Shown here piece after piece: positions 1 to 9,319 of a DNA stretch of 64,000 nucleotides. Source of the stretch: an uncultured bacterium. Its GTDB lineage: Bacteria > Chlamydiota > Chlamydiia > Chlamydiales > SM23-39. How positions within the stretch are numbered: the first letter of the stretch is position 1; each line of letters opens with the position of its first letter. The notes under the pieces were generated by a model. That model did not search any database. It was not told the origin of the DNA and worked only from the letters and a program-made list of their open reading frames with translations. The DNA lies in the NCBI GenBank assembly GCA_964351495.1, contig CAYGOC010000012.1, forward strand, positions 823 through 64,822, read 5' to 3'. The translations under genes were made by a program, and so were the position numbers.

Positions 1-811
1 TCTCTCCAATTAAAACCCAGCTAGTAAGAGAGGCGAATATAGGACTTAAGAGTCCCATAAAAGAGAGAAAGGTTGCCGTAAATTTTTTTAGCAGAAATCC
101 ATATAGGTTATAGCAAATTAGGTTAGAAAATAGCGTAATGGTAAGCATACCGTAGGAAAAAGAAGCTAGGTTATTTACAGGAAGAGGATTCCAGGAATCT
201 ACAAAAAAAGAGTGGATAAGAGCAAAGAATCCTCCCAAGATCATGATGGATCCGTTTGCATATATGGGAGAGACTTCTTGATCTTTTACAACAAGTCTTA
301 AAAGAACCCATCCATAAACAGAAGCTAAAGCGGCTCCCATAATAGCCAAAGAAGGCCACGATAAAAAACCGATTCCCCCAAAAATTCCCTCCTCTCCTAC
401 TTGGGTATAGAGTACCGGTAAAAACCCTAAAAAACCCACTCCCATGCCAATCCATTTTTGAGGGGTCATTCTTTCGTTAAAGTGAAGATAAGAAAAAAGA
501 GCTGCAAAAAAAGGAGATAGGCTATAGATAAAACAAGTTTTTCCTGCTGTTAGATATTGCAGGCCCCAAAACTCCAAGATATTGGTTAAGTAAATACTTA
601 AAAAACTGAGTATAAAAAGGGAGCAAAGCTGCTTTTTGGTAAGCGAGAAAGATTTTCCTTTAAAAGCCCAGTAAGAAAGTAAAATAGCCCCTGCCAAAAG
701 CATACGAGAACAGGTTAAAAAGATAGGAGAAGTAAATTGCAGAGTCCATTTTCCAATAGGAAAAACACTAGACCAGACCAAATACAGAAAAACAACACTA
801 AAAATACTCAT
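1..811 (-). CDS. DMT/EamA-family transporter, truncated by window edge; resembles the chlamydial SAM/SAH transporter family
   Basis: Not in the ORF track. ATG at 811 gives MSIFSVVFLYLVWSSVFPIGKWTLQFTSPIFLTCSRMLLAGAI..., a hydrophobic EamA-type N-terminus (W-S-S-x-F, R-M-x-L-A-G). Confidence 0.8.
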   Translation of the reverse strand, partial: MSIFSVVFLYLVWSSVFPIGKWTLQFTSPIFLTCSRMLLAGAILLSYWAFKGKSFSLTKKQLCSLFILSFLSIYLTNILEFWGLQYLTAGKTCFIYSLSPFFAALFSYLHFNERMTPQKWIGMGVGFLGFLPVLYTQVGEEGIFGGIGFLSWPSLAIMGAALASVYGWVLLRLVVKDQEVSPIYANGSIMILGGFFALIHSFFVDSWNPLPVNNLASFSYGMLTITLFSNLICYNLYGFLLKKFTATFLSFMGLLSPIFASLTSWVLIGE

Positions 812-975
812 AAAACCTTTTAATTACCGGGTGAAATAGCAATTCTAGTCTCTTTTTCTAAATAAGTTCTAGAGATAATTATCTCTCTATAAGAACAAAT
901 TTTTAAAGATTGCTTTTCTCTTGCTATTACCCCTTTTTTTAGCATATCATTATCTCTTATCGTTTTAAGTATTTT

Positions 976-2835
976 ATGCAAACTATGTCTTATGGGGCCT
1001 GGCCCTCCAGTTTTTCTATAGAAAATCTAGTTTCAAAAAAGCCCTCTTTTAGTTTTTTACAAAAAGAAGGATCTAAACTGTATTGGATAGAAAAAAGGGG
1101 AGAGGAGGGAGGAAGGTCTACTTTATGCTCTCTTGATGTGCAGACAAAAAAGATAAGAGAGGAAACTGTAGGGTATGACTTAAGATGTAGAGTGAATGAA
1201 TATGGGGGATCTCCCTTTCATGTTGCCGGGAATCTTTTGTTTTTTACCGATAGTAGTGGGGCCATTCACATAAAAGAAGAGGGTCTGATACGTCTTTTAC
1301 ATAAAAGCAAAGAGAAACGATACGGCTCTTTTTGTTTTGATGCCAAAAGGAAAAGACTCTATGCCGTATGTGAAGACGTAGTAGAAAACTCACAGAAAAT
1401 TGTCTCTATAGATTTACAAGGAAAAGAGCGTGTTTTAGTAGAGGGACAAGATTTTTATGCTTCTTTGGTTTTAAGTCCCAAGCAAGATAGGCTCGCTTTT
1501 ATATCTTGGAATCATCCTCATATGCCTTGGGATGAGAGCTCTTTGCAGCTTCTATTTTTCTCCTCAGAAGGGGAGGTGGAAAAGGAGGCGTATATTTTAC
1601 AAGAAGAAAATGTATCGGTGTTTCAGCCTTCTTTTTCTGAAGAGGGAGATCTGTATTTTATCTCAGATGAGACCGGGTGGGGAAATTTATACTGCTATGC
1701 AAGAGAAAAAAAAATAGCGCTACTTCCAAAAAAGGTAGAGTTTTCTCAGCCGGCTTGGGTTATGGGGCTTTCTCGATATGCACTTATTCCTAAAGAAAAA
1801 GGGGTAGATGTTTTTTGTGTTTTTACGGAAAAAGGAAGAGATTCCTTGGCTCTTTTTTCAGAAAGAGAAAAATCTTTTCACAAAATAGCAGATACGATTT
1901 TTCAGGCAAGTTATCTTCAGGCAGATGGACAGTATGGGTATTTTGTAGGTGCTTCACCTTCTATAGAGGAATCTCTTTTTGCTATTTCTTGGGAAGGTAA
2001 CAAAAGAAAGCTTCTTGTTTCCTCCTCTGAAACAGAAAGCTTCCCCTTAGGAGAAGAGGTTTTTATAGAAAAACGAGGGGGAGAAAAGATATACGGGTTT
2101 TTCTATCCCCCTCTGAGCTTGTCTTGCAAAGGGCCTCCTTCTGAAAGACCTCCGTTAATCGTAAAATGTCATGGAGGGCCTACGGGGCAGGCTTATAATG
2201 TATACAATAGAGAAATCGCTTTTTGGACTTTAAAGGGGTTTGCTGTTTTAGAGGTAAATTATAGGGGTAGTTCCGGTTATGGAAAAGCCTATCAACAGGC
2301 TCTAAATAAGAACTGGGGCATATTTGATGTGAACGACGTTTGTGATTTGGCTCTTTCCATGGCAGAAAGAGGGCTCGTAGATAAAGATAGGATGGCTATA
2401 AAAGGGAGGAGTTCCGGAGGGTATACGGCTCTTAGTGCAGCTTGCTTTCGAAAGGTGTTTTCTGCTTGTGTCAGTTATTACGGAATTTCTGATTTGGAGG
2501 CTTTAGTAAAAAATGGACATAGGTTTGAGCTTTACTATACCCAAAATTTAGTAGCTCCTTATCCAGAAAAAAAGGAGATATATAAAGAAAGATCTCCTCT
2601 TTATCATACCTCTCATATTACATGTCCTATTTTGCTTTTTCACGGCAAAGAAGACAAAGTAGTTTTACCGGAGCAGTCTCTAGAACTCTATCAGAAGCTC
2701 AAAAAACAAAAAAAAGAGGTGGATCTCTTTCTTTTTGAAGAAGAGGGACACTCTTTTCGCAAAAAAGAGACATTAGAAAAAGCCTTTTTTTTAGAGTATG
2801 AATTTTATAAAACTTGTTTTGCGGTCCCTTCATGA
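976..2835 (+). CDS. S9 family prolyl oligopeptidase / acylaminoacyl peptidase
   Basis: HGGPT, NYRGSSGYG, nucleophile GRSSGG, HGKEDKVV and EEGHSF catalytic-triad motifs; N-terminal propeller region. Confidence 0.92.
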   Translation: MQTMSYGAWPSSFSIENLVSKKPSFSFLQKEGSKLYWIEKRGEEGGRSTLCSLDVQTKKIREETVGYDLRCRVNEYGGSPFHVAGNLLFFTDSSGAIHIKEEGLIRLLHKSKEKRYGSFCFDAKRKRLYAVCEDVVENSQKIVSIDLQGKERVLVEGQDFYASLVLSPKQDRLAFISWNHPHMPWDESSLQLLFFSSEGEVEKEAYILQEENVSVFQPSFSEEGDLYFISDETGWGNLYCYAREKKIALLPKKVEFSQPAWVMGLSRYALIPKEKGVDVFCVFTEKGRDSLALFSEREKSFHKIADTIFQASYLQADGQYGYFVGASPSIEESLFAISWEGNKRKLLVSSSETESFPLGEEVFIEKRGGEKIYGFFYPPLSLSCKGPPSERPPLIVKCHGGPTGQAYNVYNREIAFWTLKGFAVLEVNYRGSSGYGKAYQQALNKNWGIFDVNDVCDLALSMAERGLVDKDRMAIKGRSSGGYTALSAACFRKVFSACVSYYGISDLEALVKNGHRFELYYTQNLVAPYPEKKEIYKERSPLYHTSHITCPILLFHGKEDKVVLPEQSLELYQKLKKQKKEVDLFLFEEEGHSFRKKETLEKAFFLEYEFYKTCFAVPS

Positions 2836-3506
2836 ATGAGCTTCTATTTTTTTCCCATATAGGCATTATGCTTCTTTTCTTAAGAATCACTCTTTTTGGA
2901 AAAAAGCAAGCTTTGGTGACGTTTATTTGCATGAACGCCCTTTTTGCCAATCTTTTTGTAGTAAAGCAGATCTCCCTTTTTACCCTTTCGGTTACCGCTT
3001 CAGATGTTTTTGTGGTAGGTGCTATTTTAGGCGCGAATCTCCTACAGGAATTTTATGGAAAAAAGGAGGCCAAAAAAGCGATTTATCTATCCTTTTTTTT
3101 TCTTTTTATGTTTTTTGTGTTTTCCAAGATCCACTTGGCCTACGCCCCTTCTAAAGAAGATCAAACCCACTTTGCTTTTTCTACCCTTTTTTCTATGACG
3201 CCCAGAATTATTTTTAGCTCTATTTTGGTCTTTTTTTTAGTGCAGAGGATAGATGTAGTTTTTTTCTCTTTTTTACAAAAGGTGTTCCAACAAAAAAACC
3301 TAGGCCTTCGCCTTTTTCTCTCTTTAACGGTTTCTCAGTTTTTAGATACTCTTCTTTTTACCTACACAGCCCTTTATGGATATGTTGCCTCTTTTTTCCA
3401 TATTGTAGGGTTTAGTTTTTTAGTGAAGATGGGGGTTATTGCCTTATCCTCTTTGTTTCTTTCTTTTTATAAAAAATGGATCCCGGAAAAGGTGTATGTT
3501 GAATAG
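2832..3506 (+). CDS. yhhQ: Queuosine precursor/queuine transporter (YhhQ/VUT family)
   Basis: ANLFVVKQI, QEFYGKKEAK, SQFLDTLLF motifs; multi-TM; ATGA overlap with upstream gene; directly upstream of tgt. Confidence 0.88.
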   Translation: MNELLFFSHIGIMLLFLRITLFGKKQALVTFICMNALFANLFVVKQISLFTLSVTASDVFVVGAILGANLLQEFYGKKEAKKAIYLSFFFLFMFFVFSKIHLAYAPSKEDQTHFAFSTLFSMTPRIIFSSILVFFLVQRIDVVFFSFLQKVFQQKNLGLRLFLSLTVSQFLDTLLFTYTALYGYVASFFHIVGFSFLVKMGVIALSSLFLSFYKKWIPEKVYVE

Positions 3507-4629
3507 CTTTCGATTTGAGGTTCTTCATACTTCGAAAATCTCCAAAGCCCGAGTTGGCAGAATTTATACCCCCCATGGAGTCATTGATACGCCGGGCTTT
3601 GTAGGAGTGGGTACCAATGGGGTTTTAAAGGCTTTAGATCAGCAAAAAGTAGAAGAAATAGGCCTTCAGCTTATGTTTTGCAATACCTACCATCTTCTTT
3701 TACAGCCGGGAACGGAGGTTGTGAAAAAAGCAGGAGGGCTCCATAAGTTTATAGGAAGAAACATGCCTATTATCACCGACTCAGGAGGGTTTCAGGTATT
3801 TTCTTTAGCGTATGGATCGGTACAAGAAGAGCTTAAGGGGAAGGGGAAAAAAAAGGGGAATAGCTCTATCATAAAAATTTCTGAAGAGGGAGTCTTATTC
3901 CGCTCTTACCGAGATGGAAACAAGGTTCTTCTTACCCCGGAGAGTTCCGTTGCGGCTCAAAAAGATTTAGGAGCTGATATTATCATCCCTTTTGATGAGC
4001 TTCCTCCTTATCATGTGGAAGAGTGTTCTTTAAAAAAGTCTTTAGAAAGAACTCACAGATGGGAGAAACGTTCTTTAGAGGAGCATCTCAAGAAAAAACA
4101 AAACCAAGCGATGTTTGGCGTGATTCATGGGGGTATTTCTTTAGAACTTCGAAAGCGCAGTTGTAAGTTTTTAACTTCCCTAGATTTTGACGGGTTTTCT
4201 ATAGGAGGGAGTGTTGGAAAAACAAAAACAGAGATGGTTGGCATGCTTCGCTATACTATGGAACATCTTCCTCAAGAAAAACCGATCCATCTTTTAGGCA
4301 TAGGAGATCTTTCTTCTTTAGAAAAATGCGTACCTTTAGGAATCGATACCTTTGATAGTTCTTACCCTACTAAAGCAGCAAGACACGGTCTTTTGTTTTC
4401 GAAAGAAAAAGAGATAAAAATAGAAAAAGCGATCTATCAAAATGACTTTACCCCCATAGAAAAAGGATGCATGTGCTTTACTTGTAAGCACTACACAAAA
4501 GCCTACCTACACCATCTTTTCAAAGCAAAAGAGCTTACCGCTTACACTCTTTCTTCTTTACATAACCTATTTTACATGGTTGAGAAGATGAAAGAGTTTC
4601 GTAGACAAATTCTAGAAGATCAAGTTTAA
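3496..4629 (+). CDS. tgt: tRNA-guanine transglycosylase
   Basis: NTYHL, TDSGGFQVFSL, HLLGIG, DTFDS and CxCxxC/H zinc-binding motifs; start chosen at ATG 3496. Confidence 0.96.
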   Translation: MLNSFRFEVLHTSKISKARVGRIYTPHGVIDTPGFVGVGTNGVLKALDQQKVEEIGLQLMFCNTYHLLLQPGTEVVKKAGGLHKFIGRNMPIITDSGGFQVFSLAYGSVQEELKGKGKKKGNSSIIKISEEGVLFRSYRDGNKVLLTPESSVAAQKDLGADIIIPFDELPPYHVEECSLKKSLERTHRWEKRSLEEHLKKKQNQAMFGVIHGGISLELRKRSCKFLTSLDFDGFSIGGSVGKTKTEMVGMLRYTMEHLPQEKPIHLLGIGDLSSLEKCVPLGIDTFDSSYPTKAARHGLLFSKEKEIKIEKAIYQNDFTPIEKGCMCFTCKHYTKAYLHHLFKAKELTAYTLSSLHNLFYMVEKMKEFRRQILEDQV

Positions 4630-4652
4630 TGACCTCTTTTGAGGTTTTAAAT

Positions 4653-5642
4653 ATGACGGAAAAAGTAAAGAAGATAGCCATCACAGGGGCTTGTGGAAAC
4701 ATTGGGTATAGTCTTATTTTTCCCATAGCAGCAGGCCTTTTTTTAGGAAATAAAACGCCTGTTTCCCTTCACTTGTTAGAGCACGAAAGCATGCTTCCCG
4801 CTTTAAAGGCTTTACAAATGGAGCTAGAAGATTCGTGCTTTCCTCTTTTAGAGGAGGTGAAAATTGGAGAAGATCCTTTTTCTGTTTTTGAGTCAGTAGA
4901 CTATGCTTTTTTGGTAGGGGCAAAGCCAAGAGGCCCTGGGATGGAAAGAAAGGATCTCATTTTTTCCAATGCGGAAATTTTTGCAGAACAGGGAAAAGCG
5001 TTAAATCGGGTAGCTTCCAGGGAAGTACAAGTTTTGGTAGTGGGAAATCCTTGCAATACAAACTGTTTAATAACGATTCATAATGCGCCAAATATTCCTC
5101 CTTCTTCTTTTCATGCGATGACGCGGCTAGATGAAAATAGAGCAAAGGCTCTTCTTGCAAAAAAGCTGCAGGTAAACCAGGGGGAAATTTCAAATGTAAT
5201 CATTTGGGGCAACCATTCTAACACACAGGTTCCCGATGTTTCTCAGGCAATGGTATCGGGGCAAAAGGTATTAGAAAAAATAGCAGATAAGGCGTGGCTT
5301 CAGGGAGATTTTATCACTAGTGTACAGCAAAGAGGAGCCCAAATTATCAAAGCAAGAGGGAAGTCTTCTGCAGCTTCTGCAGCGTATGCCTCTATTCAAG
5401 CTATGCAAAATCTGGCGTTCCCTACGAAAGAGAAGACCTTCTTCTCTTCCGGGACCTATACAAAAGATCTTTCTCTTCCTATAGACCCAGATCTAGTTTT
5501 TTCGGTTCCTTGTATACATAAAGAAGGCAAAATAGAGCCTTTGAGTATTTCTTGGGATCCCTCCTTAGAAGAAAGAATCAGAAGAACAGAAAAAGAGCTT
5601 ATAGAAGAAAGAGATATGGCCTTTTCTTTTTTGGGAAAATAG
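4653..5642 (+). CDS. mdh: Malate dehydrogenase
   Basis: ITGACGNIGY, GAKPRGPGMERKDL, VGNPCNTN, MTRLDENR, IWGNHS; GAGG RBS before ATG 4653. Confidence 0.96.
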   Translation: MTEKVKKIAITGACGNIGYSLIFPIAAGLFLGNKTPVSLHLLEHESMLPALKALQMELEDSCFPLLEEVKIGEDPFSVFESVDYAFLVGAKPRGPGMERKDLIFSNAEIFAEQGKALNRVASREVQVLVVGNPCNTNCLITIHNAPNIPPSSFHAMTRLDENRAKALLAKKLQVNQGEISNVIIWGNHSNTQVPDVSQAMVSGQKVLEKIADKAWLQGDFITSVQQRGAQIIKARGKSSAASAAYASIQAMQNLAFPTKEKTFFSSGTYTKDLSLPIDPDLVFSVPCIHKEGKIEPLSISWDPSLEERIRRTEKELIEERDMAFSFLGK

Positions 5643-5689
5643 CCGAGTTTTGTAAAATCTGTCCTTAAAAGAAGGATTTTTTAAAAGAT

Positions 5690-6469
5690 ATGCAAGAGAT
5701 GTTTAACCGCTCTTTTTCTTTTCTTTTTTCTTATAAGAAGGTTGCTTTTACTTCCCTTTCTATTTTTCTATCCTTTTTACTTTTTTTGTTTTTGCAAAAG
5801 ATCTCCTTCTTAGGAGGTGTTTTCTCCTATTTTTGTTCGCTTTTTCTCATGATTCCTCTTGGAATAATACTTTGTCAAAATTATGCAAAAGAGTTAAAAG
5901 GAAACACTTTTTCCTGGAAAGGGCAGATCCTTTCTTTAGGGGAGTATCTTTTAACGAAGAGTTTATGGGCGCTATTTTTTGTGATATCGGCAGCTGTTCT
6001 TGCTGTAGGGGTTCTTGTATTTCGGTTTTTTCAAAGTCTTTCTTTTTTGCAGGAAACTCTCTCTTCTTTTTTATTTTTTGTTCCCTTTCTACTAGTATTT
6101 CTCTTTGCTTTTTTGGTTTTTTTAAGCCTTTTTCTCCTTTTTTGGATGGTTCCTGAGTGGGCCTTTCAAAAAAAGGGAACTAAAAAGCCTATACAAGAGT
6201 GGTTTATCTCTTTTAAGAAAAATCCCTATTTATATTGTAGCTTCCTTATTAAGGGAAGCTTGCCTTTTCTTTTGACCCTCTTCCTTTTAGAAAAAGCTCT
6301 TTTTTTTACTCATTCTTTTGTGTATACAGAACTTTCTTTTTTAGGAAGATGCATCCAAGATATAGTCATTTCTCTTCTTTTTTCTTTTTTTCTCTCTTTT
6401 TCAGTGATTTTTTTCTTTCATATGGCAACAGAAGCCTTTTACTTTCGAAAGATTTCGAAAAGTTCTTAA
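5690..6469 (+). CDS. Hypothetical multi-pass membrane protein
   Basis: 259-aa ORF with about six hydrophobic segments. Confidence 0.7.
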   Translation: MQEMFNRSFSFLFSYKKVAFTSLSIFLSFLLFLFLQKISFLGGVFSYFCSLFLMIPLGIILCQNYAKELKGNTFSWKGQILSLGEYLLTKSLWALFFVISAAVLAVGVLVFRFFQSLSFLQETLSSFLFFVPFLLVFLFAFLVFLSLFLLFWMVPEWAFQKKGTKKPIQEWFISFKKNPYLYCSFLIKGSLPFLLTLFLLEKALFFTHSFVYTELSFLGRCIQDIVISLLFSFFLSFSVIFFFHMATEAFYFRKISKSS

Positions 6470-6582
6470 AAAGCATAAAAAAAATGAGCTTTTACAGCCC
6501 CTTGGAAAATTAGATTTTTCTGGAAAACAAAGAGGCCTTTTAATTAGGATCTTCCCCATTAACTTAAAAAAGGGGGTATTAT

Positions 6583-7149
6583 ATGGCAGCTATTGGTGGA
6601 CCGGGCACGCAGGGCGCTCATTTTCATCTTGGTCTTTGCCCAGATCCGATGTTTCCTGATAGAGAAGGATTAATAAGGAAAACTACGTTGCAGTTTGAGC
6701 GAAGTAGAATACCATCTGATCGTAATAAGCCAGCCACTAATCTTCAAAAGATACAATTTACATTTTTAGTGGAGAAGGTTTCTGCTCAGTTTGAAGTCGC
6801 TCTTGTAGTTGGACATGAATTATGGACTACAGAGGATCCCTTTGGGTTTTTCGCTCGTGATGTTAGTTCTTTTAATAGTGATGAAAATGATTCTAACCAC
6901 ACTTTCAATGAGAGAAATAAGTTGTTTTCTGTTTTAAATCGAGGTATGAGTCGGGCTATTTTTGCTAGGACAGTTTTATCTTGTTATTTTTATAAGGCAG
7001 AAAAAAACTCTTTAACGGTTTCTGGGGAAGCTTTTGAAGTACCTGTTCTAGTAAAGGAATCTATAGAAGACTTGGACTCAGTTAGAGAAGAGTCTGGGGG
7101 AAGCTCAAAAAAGCAGAAGATATTCAAGGAAGAAAAGAAAGACTCATGA
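6583..7149 (+). CDS. Hypothetical protein, local paralog family A (copy 1)
   Basis: AGGGGG RBS; shares GTQxAxFH, QF(TF)[LM]VEK and IFxR...YFxK motifs with 7549..7944. Confidence 0.7.
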   Translation: MAAIGGPGTQGAHFHLGLCPDPMFPDREGLIRKTTLQFERSRIPSDRNKPATNLQKIQFTFLVEKVSAQFEVALVVGHELWTTEDPFGFFARDVSSFNSDENDSNHTFNERNKLFSVLNRGMSRAIFARTVLSCYFYKAEKNSLTVSGEAFEVPVLVKESIEDLDSVREESGGSSKKQKIFKEEKKDS

Positions 7150-7508
7150 CATCTGTTCAGTCCAATAATGAAAAAGAATCTTATTTTTCTGTTTCGGTTT
7201 TTTTAAAAGAGATTCTTCCTACAAACTCTTATACAAAGTTTACTTGTTTTGAGTGTGACAAGAGCCCTTTGAGTCTAATAAGCGAGAGCTTTTACCCGGA
7301 AGAGGCGGCGGTTTCTTTTACGATAAAAAAAATAGAGGGGTTCTTTTTTGTCTGTTTTACAGCTAGATGTATAGTTCTTCCCTCTTCGGAGGAAGATGGT
7401 TTTGTTACGTTTTTTAACAAACAAATTACCTGCAAGGGGACTGATGAATTAGAAGACTTTACTAAAGAAATAGCTGCCAGAGCCTCTATAGGTCTGTTAT
7501 TTCAGTGA
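7146..7508 (+). CDS. Hypothetical protein, local paralog family A (copy 2)
   Basis: ATGA overlap with previous gene; YPEE...SFxIxK..EGxFxVxF and LxxFxxEIxxR shared with 7549..7944. Confidence 0.7.
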   Translation: MTSVQSNNEKESYFSVSVFLKEILPTNSYTKFTCFECDKSPLSLISESFYPEEAAVSFTIKKIEGFFFVCFTARCIVLPSSEEDGFVTFFNKQITCKGTDELEDFTKEIAARASIGLLFQ

Positions 7509-7548
7509 AAAACTTATAAAAACCTGTAATTTTTTGAGGAGAAACTCC

Positions 7549-7944
7549 ATGACACCTTACGAGGCAAGCGGTACCCAAAGGGCTTTTTTTCACGTTGTGA
7601 TTCCTGTAGGAGAGTTTTTTTCAACTCCAGATCTTGAAGAAGCAGACTTTAAGTATTGCTTTGATAGACCTCCCTATCCGGAAGAGATAGATATGTCTTT
7701 TGCAATAAGAAAAACAGCAGAGGGGAGCTTTTCGGTGCAGTTTATGGTAGAAAAAAAGGAGTTTCATTGTTGTTTTCCTTCTATAAAAGGTGTTTTTCTT
7801 CATAAACAGGATTCTTTTACAAGAGAGTTTACGGTTTTAGATAGGGAAATAGAAAATGTAATCCCTACCTTAAATGCATTTGCACCGGAGATTTTTAACA
7901 GAGTTGGAGAAACTTTTTATTTTAAGAGTGAGAGAGCCTCTTAA
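7549..7944 (+). CDS. Hypothetical protein, local paralog family A (copy 3)
   Basis: GAGGAG RBS before ATG 7549; 3' end duplicated at 9320-9422. Confidence 0.72.
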   Translation: MTPYEASGTQRAFFHVVIPVGEFFSTPDLEEADFKYCFDRPPYPEEIDMSFAIRKTAEGSFSVQFMVEKKEFHCCFPSIKGVFLHKQDSFTREFTVLDREIENVIPTLNAFAPEIFNRVGETFYFKSERAS

Positions 7945-7958
7945 GGGAGGTTTTCTTT
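7856..7958 (+). repeat. 103-bp imperfect direct repeat, copy 1 (gene 3' end plus terminator-like hairpin)
   Basis: Ungapped manual alignment to 9320-9422 with 11 mismatches. Confidence 0.92.
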
Positions 7959-7965
7959 TTTCTTT
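7936..7965 (+). terminator. Possible intrinsic terminator
   Basis: Short hairpin CCTCT-TAAG-GGAGG followed by a T-rich tract; same element at about 9400-9427. Confidence 0.45.
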
Positions 7966-7992
7966 CGCCCCTCTTCCTTTTTGAAAAAGTTC

Positions 7993-9213
7993 TTAAAAAA
8001 GAGAGTTAATACAGGTTTTTAGAAAGTCTTCTATGGGTATACCAGATTTGCCAATGATTAGCGCTTTATAGGGATTATACATTTTCACAAAGCTGTTTAT
8101 TCCGGAAAAATTCTCTTTTTTAGAGGAGCTTTTTACTTCCAAAGCAATGATTTTCTCTCCTTTTTTGAGTACAAAATCAACCTCTTGGTTTTTTTCTCTC
8201 CAGTAAAATAGCTCAATTTGACTGCCCCTTATTTGGTTTAACAAATGAGCTCCTACAGCAGACTCTACGAGCCTTCCCCAGTACTCTTTGTTTTCTTTTG
8301 CCTCTTGCAAGGATTTTCCCATCTGAGCGCTCATTAAAGCTGTATTGAAAACTTGTAGTTTTGGGCTAGAGGTTTTACTTCTTGTCTTTTGCATAGCAAA
8401 CTTAAAAATGCCGGTTATCAGGCCCGCTCCTGATAAAAGTTCTAGATAATGAGCTAGTGTGGTTGTATTTCCGGCATCGTCTAATTGACCAAGCATTTTT
8501 TGAAAAGATAATATTTGAGAAGAGTAAGTACACCCAAGTTGAAAGAGTCTTCTTAGTAAAATGGGTTTATTTACTTGGGTCATAAGAAGAATATCTCTAG
8601 AGATGGTTGTTTCTATTAAAGAGTCATTAATGTAGTTTTCCCATCTGGAAAATTGATTGTTTTGTACAAAAGAAGCAGGTCCTGGATATCCCCCATAAAA
8701 GATAAAAGAATCAATATCCCAAGAAAAAGCAGAGTGCATTTCAGAGAAAAACCAGTGAGTGACGGGAAGAATTTCAAATCTTCCTGCCAAGCTTTCTGCA
8801 AGGCCTTTCTGCATAAGCCAAGGAGAAGAACCTAGAATCAGTACTTTTATATTCTGTTTGGCTTTGGTGTCTTCATCCCAAAGCTTTTTTATCAAAGAAG
8901 ACCATCCGGGAATTTTTTGCACTTCGTCTATGATAAGAAGCACCGGGGTATTATCTTTTGCGAGATCTCTAGCTATCTGCCACTGGGTTTCTATCCAAGA
9001 AAGGTTTTCTAAGGTAGCGGTATCTGCAGAATTATAGTGCGTGGGTATTGAAAGGGTCTCTTCTATCTGGGAGGATATAGTAGTTTTTCCCACTTGCCTT
9101 GGACCTAAAAGAACTTGGATGAATTTTCTCGGTTCTTTTAGCCTATTGATAAGTTCTTGGTAAATCTTTCTATAAATCATGAAAGAATCCTTTTCACTCA
9201 TTATATTGAGCAT
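7993..9213 (-). CDS. AAA_14 ATPase with DUF4143 / C-terminal PD-(D/E)XK-like domain
   Basis: Walker A GPRQVGKT, Walker B IIDEVQ, LGSS, ESLAGR, GGYP, C-terminal EVDFV...ALEVK; true start may be 9201 or 9180. Confidence 0.9.
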   Translation of the reverse strand: MLNIMSEKDSFMIYRKIYQELINRLKEPRKFIQVLLGPRQVGKTTISSQIEETLSIPTHYNSADTATLENLSWIETQWQIARDLAKDNTPVLLIIDEVQKIPGWSSLIKKLWDEDTKAKQNIKVLILGSSPWLMQKGLAESLAGRFEILPVTHWFFSEMHSAFSWDIDSFIFYGGYPGPASFVQNNQFSRWENYINDSLIETTISRDILLMTQVNKPILLRRLFQLGCTYSSQILSFQKMLGQLDDAGNTTTLAHYLELLSGAGLITGIFKFAMQKTRSKTSSPKLQVFNTALMSAQMGKSLQEAKENKEYWGRLVESAVGAHLLNQIRGSQIELFYWREKNQEVDFVLKKGEKIIALEVKSSSKKENFSGINSFVKMYNPYKALIIGKSGIPIEDFLKTCINSLF

Positions 9214-9232
9214 TTTTGCTCAATGCAATGAG
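9197..9232. promoter_or_regulatory. Imperfect palindrome, putative operator of the AAA/DUF4143 gene
   Basis: CTCATT-at-ATTGAGCA-tttt-TGCTCAAT-gc-AATGAG over the start region. Confidence 0.5.
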
Positions 9233-9319
9233 AAAAAATCGATATTTTTTTTAAGTTGTTTACAGTTAAAAAGATATAATTAATAAAAAAGAGCATATTG
9301 TATAAAAAATGGGGGAAAG

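Noticed and set aside
2760-2835. preQ1 riboswitch before yhhQ
   Set aside because: yhhQ overlaps the peptidase stop codon; there is no leader and no recognisable aptamer.
8612-8621. 10-nt match (TCTATTAAAG) to the predicted omegaRNA guide inside the AAA gene
   Set aside because: Short AT-rich match not preceded by TTAT; expected by chance.
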